DNA of 64,000 bases from Lama glama (Eukaryota): assembly GCA_028534125.1 (NCBI GenBank), contig CM052817.1, positions 44,456,001 through 44,520,000 on the forward strand, given 5' to 3'. Below, one piece after another: positions 1 through 12,255 of the stretch (position 1 is the first letter of the stretch; each line of letters starts with the position of its first letter). The notes beneath the pieces were generated by a model. That model had not been told where the DNA came from. It saw only the letters and a list, made by a program, of their open reading frames with translations, and did no database searches. The translations under genes and the position numbers were made by a program.

Positions 1-1589
1 CAGTGACGAGCACTTTCTACACGCAGCCTCCAAGTTGGAATCTGTGCGGAATAAAAGACAATTTCTGACTTCCGGTCTTGCCGGAGAGACACACGCAGAA
101 TTTGGAGCCAGACCAACCTGGTTCCAGTCTGTGCTCCGCCAGTCCCTGGCCACGATTCCATGTAAGCCTCAGGACCTCAACTGGAAACAGGGAACAGAGT
201 ACTGTCTGCCTGGTGACATTACTGTGAGACCTCAGGAGCCTGATACCAATTACCATTCAACCCAAGTGGTCTCTGTGAGATGGATGTGGGGAGTCACCCA
301 AGGGGTGTGACAGGATGCTGGTGTAATGATGAACTCTAGAAGTCCTTACAAAACTGCAAATGTCTAAAGCATTTGGGGAGGGGTATACATATTTAACTCC
401 ACTGTGGAGGTTTTTTGCATATAAAAGCAGGAAATATGGGGCACTACTTAGGCCCGTTAGGAACAGACAGGCACAGAGGGCCCAGCAACTGGTGCGAAAG
501 AAATGGTTCCTGGAGCATCAAAGCTGACAGAATTAGCCTGAGGAATTCTCCTGGGGGCCTTTTCTCACCAGAGGAAGCCTCAGGCACTGGGCAGGGGCCG
601 TGATCAGTAAATGTAACTGCCTGGCTGTTTGAAAAACACAGTAATGAGTTTGGACCCAGTTTTTTTGAGCCACCAGAGTCCTCTCACCTCAGGCTCTGGG
701 GAGAGAGACCCCTGCCCTCCTGCAGGCGGGAGTGGGTGGAGAAGCTCTGGCTCTGGAAGGTCCCTGGGATCACAAGGGTGTCTCGGGGAACAGAGTTTCT
801 CTCTCCCATATACATGCAAATAAGCTGCTCCTGTCCTAGACCTGCCTAGAGAAGAGGGGTGGACATGAAAAATGTAAATGGAGATGGTCATTCATCGGGA
901 GAAAATAGGTCCCTTGCTAAATTTGGCATCAGCCGAGGAATCTTAGCAAAAATGAACTCACCCCCTTGTTTGTGAGAGAAGCCTAATCCTTACTTTGCCC
1001 GAGAGGATTATTGGGTCTTAGAAAGAAGCTCACATGCACTTTTTTTAAGCTCGTGCCAACTGCATTTGTGTCCACAATATCCGAGATTCGTTCTGCTTTT
1101 TACGGTAGATAATAGACATTCCATGCTATTTAAATGCCTCCAAATCTCAAACCTAGATGTTTCCAACCTTTGCTATCACCCAAAGTGGGACTCTGTCTCC
1201 CAAGCTTTCCCCTGGTTGTTGCTTTAAATTCTTCAGAAGCACAGTTTAAATGGAAGGGAAGGTATCGAACTGCAGTCAATTTGTGGAAAAGTCATCGTTT
1301 GTGGTTTACAATGCACCTTTACAAGGTGTCTGTAACTATGGCTCCATTGGCTAAGTTTCTACTCAGCTCCATCACTGTTCCCTTGGTTCCTATAGGGTTA
1401 GTGTAATACAATCCAGAGTTCTTTTCCTTTTCTTCTTTTTCTTAATCCTGTATGTCCCTACTTACCCCAACACTATCTTATCCTCTCCAGGGAATTGTGG
1501 ACCCACTGACATACGTAACAGAAAAGCGGAACAAAAATCTGTCTTTCGCTTCGCATGGCACCCTCAAAACATCACTTCAAAATATTACA

Positions 1590-1795
1590 AATTGGCACCT
1601 GTGTTGGGCTTTACAAAGTATTTTTACGTTACAAGTTCAATCCTCACAACAACCCTATGAAGCGTTCGCCCTCTTTTACAGAAAAGGAAACTGAGGCATG
1701 GAGTAATTCAAATAAGCTGCTCAAGATCACAAAGAAAGTGGTCAAGCCAGGACCCGACATACTATAAAAGCTCCAAAGCATGCCCTTAACCTTGT
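1590..1795 (-). mobile_element. MIR
   Basis: AATCCTCACAACAACCCTATGA...TTTTACAGAAAAGGAAACTGAGGC...CAAGATCACA. Confidence 0.75.
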
Positions 1796-4094
1796 TCACA
1801 ACCGTGAAAACCGAGCTGCCGGATCCCAGGAAGAGCACCATTCCCCCAGCACTGGCTTCCTCAGGAGTGACGGCTTGGGGCCATTTCTACTGGTGACTGC
1901 TGCTCCCTGCTCTCACCACCCGGCCTGCTTAATTTTCCCCCGGGTTTACAATTCCTGTTTTAGTGCTGGAGCCAATGGCAGCCCAAATGAGAAGAAATTT
2001 AGGCCTTAAACAGTACCTGAAGGATCAGCTTCTTGACAAACTCTGAGCTAGCTGTGTTCTCACACTGCTCTCTTAAACCTCAGGTCTCCCCACTGTCCCC
2101 CAGTTTCCTGTTCCTGCCTGCTCTTCCAGGCTGGAGGAAAACCTGCCTTGGGTACCAGATCCTTCCAGACCACAGCCTTGTTTGCATCAACTATGCATAA
2201 ACAGATGGTATTGGGCATAAAAGCCGATGGGAAAGCAGGTGGGGAAGTGAGTGGTCATTTTTATCTGACTGGGCGGAGCAGGTCCTGCCCTCCTGCCCTG
2301 GGCACCAACATCCAGAGGAAGCGGCAGCGGGCAGATCACAGGGCAGCCAGGCCAGCTGAGGGCAGGAGATACCCTGTGCACTGGACAACAGCCCTGGTCT
2401 CCCCTGCCACTCTCTCGCCAGCATGCCAACCCTGGGAAGGGTACAGAATCCATGACAAAGAGAAGGTACTGGACTGTGACCCCAGCGGCAGATTGGTGGC
2501 CTCCGCCCCAGCCAGACCTGGCTCAGTGGGGAGGCAGCCTCCTCTCACTATGGAATTCCAGCTGCTAGTGGTGAAGAGGTAACCATGGCAACCAACACAA
2601 AGGGCTTAAAGTTGAGGGAAAGAGGCTGGAGGCAATGGTGAAGAGGCAGAGGGGGACTTCAAGTGACAGTCCTGCGATTCTCCAGACTCTAGCGGAGCTA
2701 TTGTAGATCAGACTAAAAGGCTGTGGAGCTTGCACGCAGCCAAGCAGCCTTGAGGGGTCAGGGACAACCAAGGAGCTAAGATCCCTGCAGGTTTCTTTTC
2801 TCCCCCTCAGAGAGCAGAACCCCAAGAATTTCATCCGCCAGGGATTTTGCCCCGAGATAATGAGGCTTACTTGGATGAACAAAACTGGTACATGGTGACA
2901 TTCCTTCAAATACAAGCAGCACTTTGCAAAGGGACTCCTCCCATGACCCCTGGCTTCAGCACATCTCCTCCAGAGGCCCCCACTCTGCAGGCTGGGGGAC
3001 TTCTTGGGTCGGGGGGTGTTCCTTAAGCAGACCTGGAACCACTGGATGGTTGAGGAAACGGTCCTGAAGTTCTGCCTGTCTAGCCTCGCTGCAGAGGAGA
3101 AGCGTGGATGTTGAGAACGTTAATACAGAGCCTCCGCACAAAAACCAGTACTTGGGCGGGGCGGGGTGGGTATGAAGTGAAAAGGCTCATATCTAAACAG
3201 GAAAGCTGTTATTTAACTACGTACCCCCTCTCCGAGGTATCTGCACATTATTCTAATAAATTGGCCAGTGTGACTTTGTATGTCTTCATGAATTCAGTCG
3301 GGTTCTTGGGATTTATTCTTAAACTTCTAACTCAGGGTTCTCTAGAACCAGGCAGTCGAGGAAACACCACGGAAATGGAGAATACAAAAATCTTCCAGGG
3401 TAACAGTTTCCTGGTCCTCTTACTTTCAGGGGTCTGGGGCGCACATCTCACTCTGCCTTCCTGGTGGAGACCACGATAATATCACATTCACGTCAATCCC
3501 CACACGGCTTCCACAGAACCGAGGCAAATCCTAACAGGTGCTTGTTGCCCACATTTCTTGTTCACACCTTGACTTCTTAATTGGAGTCACTAGGGTAGGG
3601 GATGATGGGCAGTGTTGGAGGGAGGGCTGACAGGAAGACTTCTGAGGGGCAGGGGAAAGACCCTGACATGCACATCAGCACCTCTCCTGCAAGCCCCCCT
3701 CCACAAGGTAGAGAGTAGACCCATTAACCATTTCAAGATGCACCGACTCTCCATCACCAGTGTTCACATGCACGCAGCCCATAACGGTGGTCCTAGCCCC
3801 CCTCACTGGTGTCCCTTTCTCCCTGTGGGAATTAAATCTCAAAAATAATTTTACCTAAAAGGGATAAGTAACTGACATTATGAACCTTCTCGGTTGAGAT
3901 GCAAGATCTTGGGGGGTTCCTGTCCTGGCACTTCCATGACCTCAGCAAGCTATTTAAATCTCTTCTGTGTTTTGGGTTTCCTTGAAAAGGGGATAATAAA
4001 AGTGCCGACTTCACAGGAGTGTCAGGAAGATACAAGTTTCAGACAGCGCTTGACTCTTAGCAAGTACTTGATAAATATTAGAAATTAATTAACT

Positions 4095-4330
4095 AGCCAG
4101 GTGCCAGGCTAGTTATTTTTATGTGTATTTTATCATTTAATCCTTATAACAGCCTGATCTGATACAGATTAATACCTCTTTCAAAGTATTACTTATTCAC
4201 CTTTTTGTGGATGAGAAAATTCAGGCTTAAAGAATTTAAGAACCCTAAATTACTAGGAGGTAGCAGAGCTCAGATGCAAACCCAGGGGTTCTGTCCCCAC
4301 AGGCTAAGACCATTCCCTGACACTACACTG
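4095..4330 (-). mobile_element. MIR
   Basis: TCATTTAATCCTTATAACAGCC...GATGAGAAAATTCAGGCTT...GCAGAGCTCAGATGCAAACCCAGG. Confidence 0.65.
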
Positions 4331-5274
4331 CCTTTACAGAAGACCATTTTGTTGTTGTTACTTTAAAGTATAGACAGAAAGAAGAAATTCTGATATTTAA
4401 GAAAATAGCACCAACAAAGAGGGAAAATCTCAGGATTTTAAACCTCCATCTTAAGCAAGAGGCTTTTTAAAGAACCAACAAGACTAGCCTAAGACAGAGC
4501 CCTCTGCTCTGAAAAAATTTCCAGGAGAAGTGGATACACATTCACACTCACAGTTAGGGCACCTATGAACCCTTGAGTGTAAAATGTCTTATTCATCACT
4601 GAATTCCCGGAGGCTGATATGTTCTCAGTTAATGTTTGATAAATATTTACTGAATGAATTAAACCAACCCAACAACAAAATGCCTCTGCTAGAGTTGGCA
4701 AACTATTGTATTGTCTTTCCCAAACACTTTGTTGAATGTAAATAATTGAAGCTTAAAAGATTAACTATTTATGTTTACCGCTCTGTGCAAGGTATTTTAC
4801 TGAAAATTAGAGTTCCATGTGTCCCTTAAAAAAAAAAGCACAATATTAATTAGGCACAGAGATCAAGGGTTTTTCTCTTCCATCTACATCTTTGGAAAGA
4901 GGATGTAATATGTAAACCCTTCGCCTGAATTCTGTAAATGCTGTGAGCCTAGTCTGGGAGTTAGCCTTAACTACCATCATTTAATCAGTCCTCAAAAAAA
5001 GAGGGCTTCCCTTGCAGGTATTTCTTCTCGCTGAGGTTTACCTCTGTTGGCAAAGCAAAGCCCCAGTGGTATTTTGATCAGGTAGGCAAGAACTTTAAAT
5101 TCCCTACTACCTTGAGAAAGGACCCATTAAAATGAAGATACGTATAATGCTAAGGATATCAGTTAATATGTTACAAGATCCTTGATAATCTTAAATAAGT
5201 GAAGTGGCTTTCCCAAAAAGTGTCACTAACACCAACACCACGTATTTATTACAGTACATGGGATTATTAGCTGA

Positions 5275-5465
5275 CATTTATTGAGTACTTACCAAGCAGA
5301 ATACTTTCATTATCTAACTCGATCCTTACAACAACCCTATGAAGGAGCTGTTTTATTATTGTCCAGTGTTTCCGGGTTCACAGGCATTTAATAACTTGCC
5401 CAAGGTGACACATACCTAGAGGCAGAGATGGGATGTATACCTTCATTCATCTCTAGAACTTAAAT
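5275..5465 (-). mobile_element. MIR
   Basis: CATTTATTGAGTACTTAC...CCTTACAACAACCCTATGAAG...TAACTTGCCCAAGGTGACACA. Confidence 0.72.
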
Positions 5466-5474
5466 TCTTCTTCT

Positions 5475-6025
5475 TCTTCTAATTGAGCTAATGCTTTGCA
5501 TACAAGAAAATACATGTGTCTTAACTGTTCAGTTCGATGTAGTTTGATCATTGTATAACCATCACACAGATCAAGACACGGAACATTTCCCAGAGACCAG
5601 AAAGTCTCTTTTTATCTCTTTCCAGTCAAACTCCCTGGCTCCCAGAAGCAACAACTAACTTCTGCTGCCATAGATTAGTTCTGCCTGTAGTACTTCAAAA
5701 ATAGAACTGCTTGTCTAGTCTTTGGTGTCTGGCTTCTTTCAGTTTAACAGAATGGTTCTGAGATTCGCCCAGGCTGTTGTGTATATCACAAGTTCATCCC
5801 TTTCGATTGCTGAGTAGTATTCCGTCAGCGTGGATGTACCACAATTTATCCATTTTCTTGTTGATGGACAGAGGGTTGTTCTCAGTGGTTGGCAACTGTG
5901 AATAAGGCTGCTGGGGCTGCTCTGTAAAAATCATTTTGTGGACCTTTGTTTTCATCAACTTGGGTTAACAGCTAGGCGTGGATGTGTTGAGTCACAGGGT
6001 TGATGTATGTTTAACTTCACAACAA
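5475..6025 (-). mobile_element. Old L1 3' region (L1MC/ME-like)
   Basis: ACAGATCAAGACACGGAACATTTCC, GTCTGGCTTCTTTCAG, GCTGAGTAGTATTCC...GATGTACCACAATTTATCCATT...GATGGACA. Confidence 0.82.
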
Positions 6026-7129
6026 ACCTAAGTTCCTAAGCCCTGTACTCTACTCCCTCAAAGTGGCACTAGCTTATTAACATGTTTGATTGCTCCCCTT
6101 ATATGACAAGTTCCCAGAGGGCAGAGAACCCATCTCCAGTTGCTGGGCTACCTCCCACAGAGCAAATGTTTGTTGAACAAACGAGCCACCATTGCTCCTA
6201 CTCCTATCCCTTCTCTGGGCGTTACCATGGCATAAGAAGACCTGCTGGGCACGTGTGGAGAAATATGACAAGCTGAAGGATATGAGGTAGAGGTAAAAAA
6301 AACCACCCAGCCCAGAGACTCCTGACTTCCCCATTTTCTTTCTGACATGACCTTTCCTAGAAAGTGAACCCCTCCCAGTGTTCCTGCAGGGAGAACAAGG
6401 GGTTGGCTTTCTTGATCAAGTGACACTACAGAAAAGGAGGAAGGTGTGACTGCAATTGAGGTCACACAGTGGTTAGAATTACAGGATACTTCTGTCACAC
6501 AGGAGGGCAGAGGAAGCAGCAACCCATGAAATCCCCCCCTTCTGAAAGTCCCCAGGAAAACAGCACCACAGCTGTAGTTCAGGGGAGCAGCCTCCAACAG
6601 ATGTTATAGGAATACCTGGTTTGGATAAAAGGACTACCTGGGTTTCTACACTGGTTTCTACATGGAAAGTTAAGAATAAATGTTGAGGAGGAAGTAAAAT
6701 GTGTATGTAAAAATGTAACCAGATTTAACACACAGGATGGGAGACTGAAAAGAAGGCTGGGTCCCCAGTGGAGACAGCTCTCAGGAACACCAACCTAAGC
6801 TCCAGGGTTTATTACACACACAGCCCTCTTTCTGCCTTCTTAGGAGGCAGAACTTTGAATTTCCATGAATCAATTCATTCATTTACTTTAAGTTACAGAA
6901 CTTATACTGTATTCAACCTAGAACTTCTTAGAAGGTAAAGAAATCATTATTGATTTGCTCTCTATCAATAGAAAAGGATTGGCAAGTCCCAGGGATCATT
7001 TAAAATCTCTCTTACCAAAGGAGACTATTTGTTGTACATAAATCAGAACAGGGATTCACCTCACCCTGGGCTCAGGAGCAATCTGTATTTCTGTCGGTCC
7101 CAGGTTACTGAGAACTGAAATTTGTTTAG

Positions 7130-7325
7130 AATTCCTCATTTTGGAGGTTCAGAGAGGTGGCTTAGCCTTCCTTTATCCAGATGGTACTGCACTGAAGCCA
7201 TCCTAGGCAGATGGATGCTTATCCTATTCTTAAAATCTCCAGGGAAGTAAATTCTCTGCAACATCCCTTGGTAACCTTCTCCAGGGTTTTATCAAGTGGA
7301 CGGTAAGGAAGTTCTGATGCAGAAA
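7130..7325 (-). mobile_element. CR1/L3-like remnant
   Basis: TCTTAAAATCTCCAGGGAAG...CAACATCCCTTGGTAACCTTCTCCAG...GTAAGGAAGTTC resembles antisense CR1. Confidence 0.45.
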
Positions 7326-7676
7326 CCAATAAAAATATTAACTCGATGAGCCTAGCTACCAGCACAGGAAAGGAGTATGTGTTTGGGCACTCTGCCTTCG
7401 TGGTAGAAATGTATTTACAAAACAGACTATACAAACAGAAACCATTTGTCGGGAGCAGATGTGGGAAGCTGACTCAAGAGAAATTGCCACAATAAATTCT
7501 GTCCCATGAACCGTGTGAAAAAGTTACTGTTGTTTATCACATTTTTTAAAGTACAATTTTATTTCCTGGTCAATTCCTAGTTTTAGCTCCTAAACCAAGT
7601 TTGTCAGCAATTTTTAAAAGTCCCTAGTTGCAAAGTTTTCAAATGACTAGGCTTCTATGAAAAACTAGGCCTTAGC

Positions 7677-7726
7677 ATATAGAATGTAAATGTTATTGTT
7701 ATATAGAATGTAAATGCTACTGTTAT
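7677..7726. repeat. Two-copy tandem duplication, 24-bp period
   Basis: atatagaatgtaaatgttattgtt / atatagaatgtaaatgctactgtt. Confidence 0.8.
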
Positions 7727-8848
7727 AAACAGTTTACATCTTTCTTAGTTTTGTATATTCCACCTTTTCTGCAATGATCATTCATACTTTGTGATCCGGA
7801 AAAAAAAGATTTTTAAAAGACAAAAATAACCATCAATATTAATTAAGATGTAAACCAAGGTAGGGTGAGATGATTTGAGGGACGATTTAGCCATATGTAT
7901 GATAATTTAACTAGCCTTTAAATATTCACTAATTAGAAATGGAACTATCTTTAGACGCCACTGTGCTAAGATTTCCTGTTGCACCCCAATGTCTGGCTGC
8001 AATCTCTCCGTGGAGATTATATGTCATGGGCGCCCATTCCTCCCAGTCCAAAAGGCTCTATGCACAGAAGTGCACCACAACGACACTACGACTAAATTAA
8101 AAACAAACAAAAGTAATGCCAAAATACATCAGAGAGAGAGGCGGACACACCCCACCCCCACCGGATGCAGAATGTATTGAAATTTTATAACCGCTCCCCA
8201 ACCCCTCAGCAATGCACTTTTATCTCTCTGGCAACTCAGAGTAAAGCATGTGTCAGGTATATGTTCATTTTCATTAATTTTTCTAAACGACGGTGGCACA
8301 CACCTTTTTCAAAAATTGCGTTAAGTTCTTGAACAAGTGTAAGGGGGGAGGGGCAGGCATGCCCCTGAAAATGGGATATTTCCTACAGAAACAAATCTAG
8401 TAAAATTAAGAAAGGCAAGTGGTTTTACACTCAGTAGGAGCCCTCGGAGAAGGTAATTTATCAAAATTAAAATATTTCACAGATCATTTCTTCTGAAAAG
8501 TTTTCACGCTGTCAATAATCTGCAGTTCTTTTCCTTTTGAAGTGGCAGTTTCTGCTTCCTTAATATTAAAAAAAAAAAAAAAGGCCAAGACCCAGGAATT
8601 TCTGGAGACCCTCGGAGCGCGCCACCTACCCACTCCCCCGCCCCCCACCAGGCCGGCTGCGGGCAGAGAAAGCCCGCCCGCGGGCCCATCCGCACTGACC
8701 GGGTTTTCCAGAGTCGCCGCAGGGACCGAAATAGACACCCTTTAGAAAGCAGACGGCGGGCACCCCCGCCCTCCCTCCTCAAAGGAAGCAGTGCGCCCCG
8801 CCGCCCCGGCCGCGGGCCAGGGGAAGCGGACCCGAGCACCGCACTCAC

Positions 8849-8851
8849 CAT
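8849..8851 (-). CDS. Probable start codon forming the last 3 nt of exon 1; the rest of the CDS would lie in downstream exons toward or beyond the window start
   Basis: ATG with G at -3 (GCGGCGATG) sits immediately before gtgagt. ATG-terminal first exons are a known architecture. The exon could instead be fully non-coding. Confidence 0.5.
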
Positions 8852-8879
8852 CGCCGCTCGCGGGGCCGCCGCTGCCCCC

Positions 8880-8957
8880 CTACCGCGGGCCGCGCTGGGC
8901 TCGGGCCGACGCCAAGTTCAAATCTCGCCGCAGCTGCGAGGAGGCGGCGCCGGGCAT
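8880..8957 (-). other. Upstream ORF (25 aa, MPGAASSQLRRDLNLASARAQRGPR*) in the putative 5' UTR
   Basis: ATG at 8957-8955 in CCGGCGATGC context, in frame with TAG at 8882-8880. The stop is 28 nt upstream of the exon-terminal ATG. Confidence 0.5.
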
Positions 8958-11900
8958 CGCCGGCGGGGCTCGGCCGCGCTCAACAATGGGCGGCTCGGCC
9001 GCGCCCTGCACCGCGGCGTCCGGGCTACTGCGGCTGCGGCTGCGGCGCGGCGGGCCTGTGGCGCGCGGCCGGAGGGGCCGAATCCCCGCGCCGGGCCCGG
9101 AGGGTGCGGGGGCGCCCGACCACCACGCCTCCCCGGCCGCGGGGGCCGCGCCGGAGGGACCGCGCTCGCCGGGCGCTCGCCACCAGGTAATCCCACAGGA
9201 AGCCTCCCGGATTGGCCCGGGCGCTCAGGACGGGATTTGCATGTCAATGGCAGAGCTGGCTCCCGAAGGTTTGAAAACGGATTCCGGGCTGCGAGAGTCG
9301 GGCTCCGCTCGCCCCTCCGCAGTCCGCGTCGTTGGTCCTCGTGGTGTTCAGGGGACAGACACACACTCTCAGGCTCTGCTTCATCGGTTCGCACTCACAA
9401 AGGTGTCTTAACTCCACCTCCCCGCCCATTTTGAAACGAAGAAGGATCCAAAAGCAAGGTATCAACTTCAAGAAGCCCGCGCTCTCGCTTTTCAGGGGCT
9501 ATACAGTTAGTAATTGATCAAATGAAGCATGAATGAAGCAAGGTAAAAAGTTCACAGCTTTAAAAAAAAAGAAAAGAAAAAAAAAAAAGCTCACATTACC
9601 AGGAAAATAGCCATCGTTTTTCTCCGTGTATCCTTTTTCAGTATAAATCAACCGGACAGACTCAGGTTGTTGCTGATCAGCTAATGCTGTTGAAACCTCC
9701 CTTCCCAGTCCTTTTGTTTCCAGGAGCATCATCTCTAGATGAAGGACAGGTGATCATTTCAGTGGTTATGAACTGTGGTCCTTCAGGAGATTTTGGAACC
9801 AGCTTTGCAGACTTTAGGGTCTTGGGCAATGTACACATTAGCATTTGTTTTGCATTATGATAGGACGGGGTGCCTATTTAATACTCTTAAGGAAGGTATT
9901 GTGCTATTTTCAATTTAATCTTTCTTTAAAGGCTCTTCCAGCCTGTTTCAATGGAGGGAAGATTTTTTTCCCGTAGAGAGCACCCTTCTTAATTGCTTTC
10001 ACATGTCACTGCCAGAGATTAAAATAACAGGTTTGAAATTGGCTTTTATTACTTTTCATTCAAGCAGAATCGCTGTTAAAATGTCAGGTTCTCTATTTCA
10101 GGCAATAAATACACATATAGACACAAAAAAGAGAATGCCTAATGAGGTAGGAACCAGAAGGCTTACTTCTCATAGAGTTAATAGTATTTGCCTTGTGATA
10201 TCCTGGAAGAATGCAGAAACATTAGGGGCTACAGCAACCACTAAATAAAGCTCTTTACTGATACCGTTATGGACAGGATTCCCCCCTCCCCAAGGTATTC
10301 CCCACCTGAGAATTGTATTTTGTTTTCAATATAGTATCACAAGCATGTACAAATACACACACACAGTCAGTGGGGTACCCACACACACTAGTTGTTGGAA
10401 GCAGGGAGGCTAAAGTTGCCTGTCCTGTGTCCTAATGTCTTGTGGGAAATCTAGTTTTGGGTGGAAGCTGGAGATTTTCCAGAACTTAAATTTTAAAGAC
10501 ATGGTCAGTCCTTGCAGCTTAGAAAGCACATTGTCAGGGCCACCATGATTAGGAAATAAGTATTAGTTGAGGACATAGCCAGGAGCTCTGGAGGAAGAAG
10601 AGATAAGACCTCCCTGCTGCTTTGTCTTGTTTTCTAAGTCCTCAGAGTCAGGTGAAATCTCTTAAGGGTGGACCAGATCCCTCTATTCCTGTGTGAAACA
10701 TCACTTTAAATTGATGATTAAGAACAGACTTTGGATCCAAATTTTACCTCCCACACAGCCTGAATCATACCTGTGAAATCCATCACTATGACGGGAGGTC
10801 CCTGGGCTTCCATTGCATCACAGATTCTGGAAGAATACTTTTTACATGTATCTGTAATTTACAGGCATTGTCAGATATTTGTAGATGAAAGAAAAACAAA
10901 CTGTCTCATGGGATCAAAGGCAAGGCTGGAAACAAAGAACTCTCCACAGCAAGACAAAATTATGCTACCATCTCCCTGCATCTCTCTGAGCTAGGGGGCA
11001 AGTTCCCTCCCCTGGTGCCTCAGTTCTCCTGCAAAATGGTCCATCCCTTCCTCATAGAGTATAAATGAGAAATGTCTGTGAAATAGTTCCATGTATCAAG
11101 TGTATGTAGGGATAAATGCCAAGGTGGTTTCTGTCAAGTCATTCTGCCCTTTAGTTCCTATATCAAGCTTACTCTCAGAAACAGCATATCACACTGGAAC
11201 CCAAAGCTTTTTATTTTTTTTCAAATGAAAACAGATATAGGGGTCAAGAGATATGCCTTAAAAAATGCTAAGATATCTTATTTGGAGGTAACAAATAGGA
11301 AAAGTATAAGCCTGATCTTAGAGAAAGGGTGTGCATAGTCAGGCAACAACCTCCTGTTTGCATACTTTTTCTTTTGTTTAAAGTCATGATTCTTTTTTAA
11401 AACATCTTTCTTGGGATATAATTCATTTACCATAAAATTTACACTTGGAAAGAGGCACATTTTTTTCCAGTACCCCTTTTCACAAGACTTTTATGATGCT
11501 GGAGCAGGTGGTGGGAGGAAAAGACCAGAGGGCCTGGGATGAATCCCTGACAGCGTGGGGGGACCACAGAACCCACCTACACAGAGACATGCCAGACAGA
11601 GGTGTGGAAGCTGCACCCAGGCAGTGATGGGGGAGGGGTCATGAGTTAAGAGCAGGAGTGGGGACAGGCCCTGCACTGTATGCACTCACCGGCCAAATCC
11701 TTTTCCTCTCTCCTTTCTTAAATATTTCAACCTACTAACCCAAAATTCAGTTCGAGTTCAATACGGTAACCTAGAAATATTTAAAATCATGTAATATTAG
11801 ACTATGCTAACTGAGGATCTAGCATAATGCAGAATGTTCTGCTTCATACTATATACACATTTAGTAGCTTGTTTTTCCACTACAATTGTCAGGTCTTATT

Positions 11901-12168
11901 ACTAAGGAGAAACCTGCAAGAATGAATATCTTTTTCAAACAAAAGCTTCAGAAATTTAGGATTACTTCCAAATATCTCTAAATTCCAGCTTCAGCAATTA
12001 TTATTTGAATTATTTAATTTTAACCAGTCTAATATATTTAAAGAATTATATCTTCAAAGAAATTACATATAGAAATCATGTATGTGATTTTCTTCAGAAT
12101 TTATTCTTTCACAACTTTCTTTTCTATATTTTATGGTAGTAAATTTTGTAATATACATTGTACTTTAT

Positions 12169-12255
12169 TAAATTTCACTTAGAAATAGTCTACCATTACT
12201 TTCATACTTCAGAATATGAAACTAAATTTCCCTTGGAAATAGTTAACCATTACTT
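12169..12255. repeat. Diverged direct repeat, 54-bp period
   Basis: taaatttcacttagaaatagtctaccattactt / taaatttcccttggaaatagttaaccattactt. Confidence 0.75.

Larger units (their letters stand above)
8849..9060 (-). other. Putative first exon (GC-rich 5' UTR) of an unidentified minus-strand gene; 5' end approximate
   Basis: Minus strand reads ...CCCCGCGAGCGGCGATG|gtgagtgc. The donor GTGAGT at 8843-8848 lies at the edge of the CpG island. The TSS cannot be determined from sequence. Confidence 0.75.
8610..9340. promoter_or_regulatory. CpG island / promoter of a minus-strand gene
   Basis: Abrupt change to very GC-rich, CpG-dense sequence (CGCG, GCGGC, CCGCC runs) within otherwise CpG-depleted DNA. 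It contains a consensus minus-strand splice donor. Confidence 0.93.

Noticed and set aside
2148..2582. 144-aa plus-strand ORF and overlapping minus-strand ORFs
   Set aside because: TTG start, overlapping ORFs in several frames because of local GC content, no recognisable protein family.
8843..9060. Assigning a gene symbol from the ATG-terminal exon 1 (calmodulin, cofilin/destrin, MYO1E and AP1S3-type genes were considered)
   Set aside because: No diagnostic coding exon lies in the window and I could not match the 5' UTR from memory. BLASTN is needed.
8791..9411. 206-aa plus-strand ORF and 158-aa minus-strand ORF (8918-9394) over the CpG island
   Set aside because: Non-ATG starts and Arg/Pro/Gly/Ala low-complexity content, as expected from stop-poor GC-rich DNA. 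No recognisable domain.
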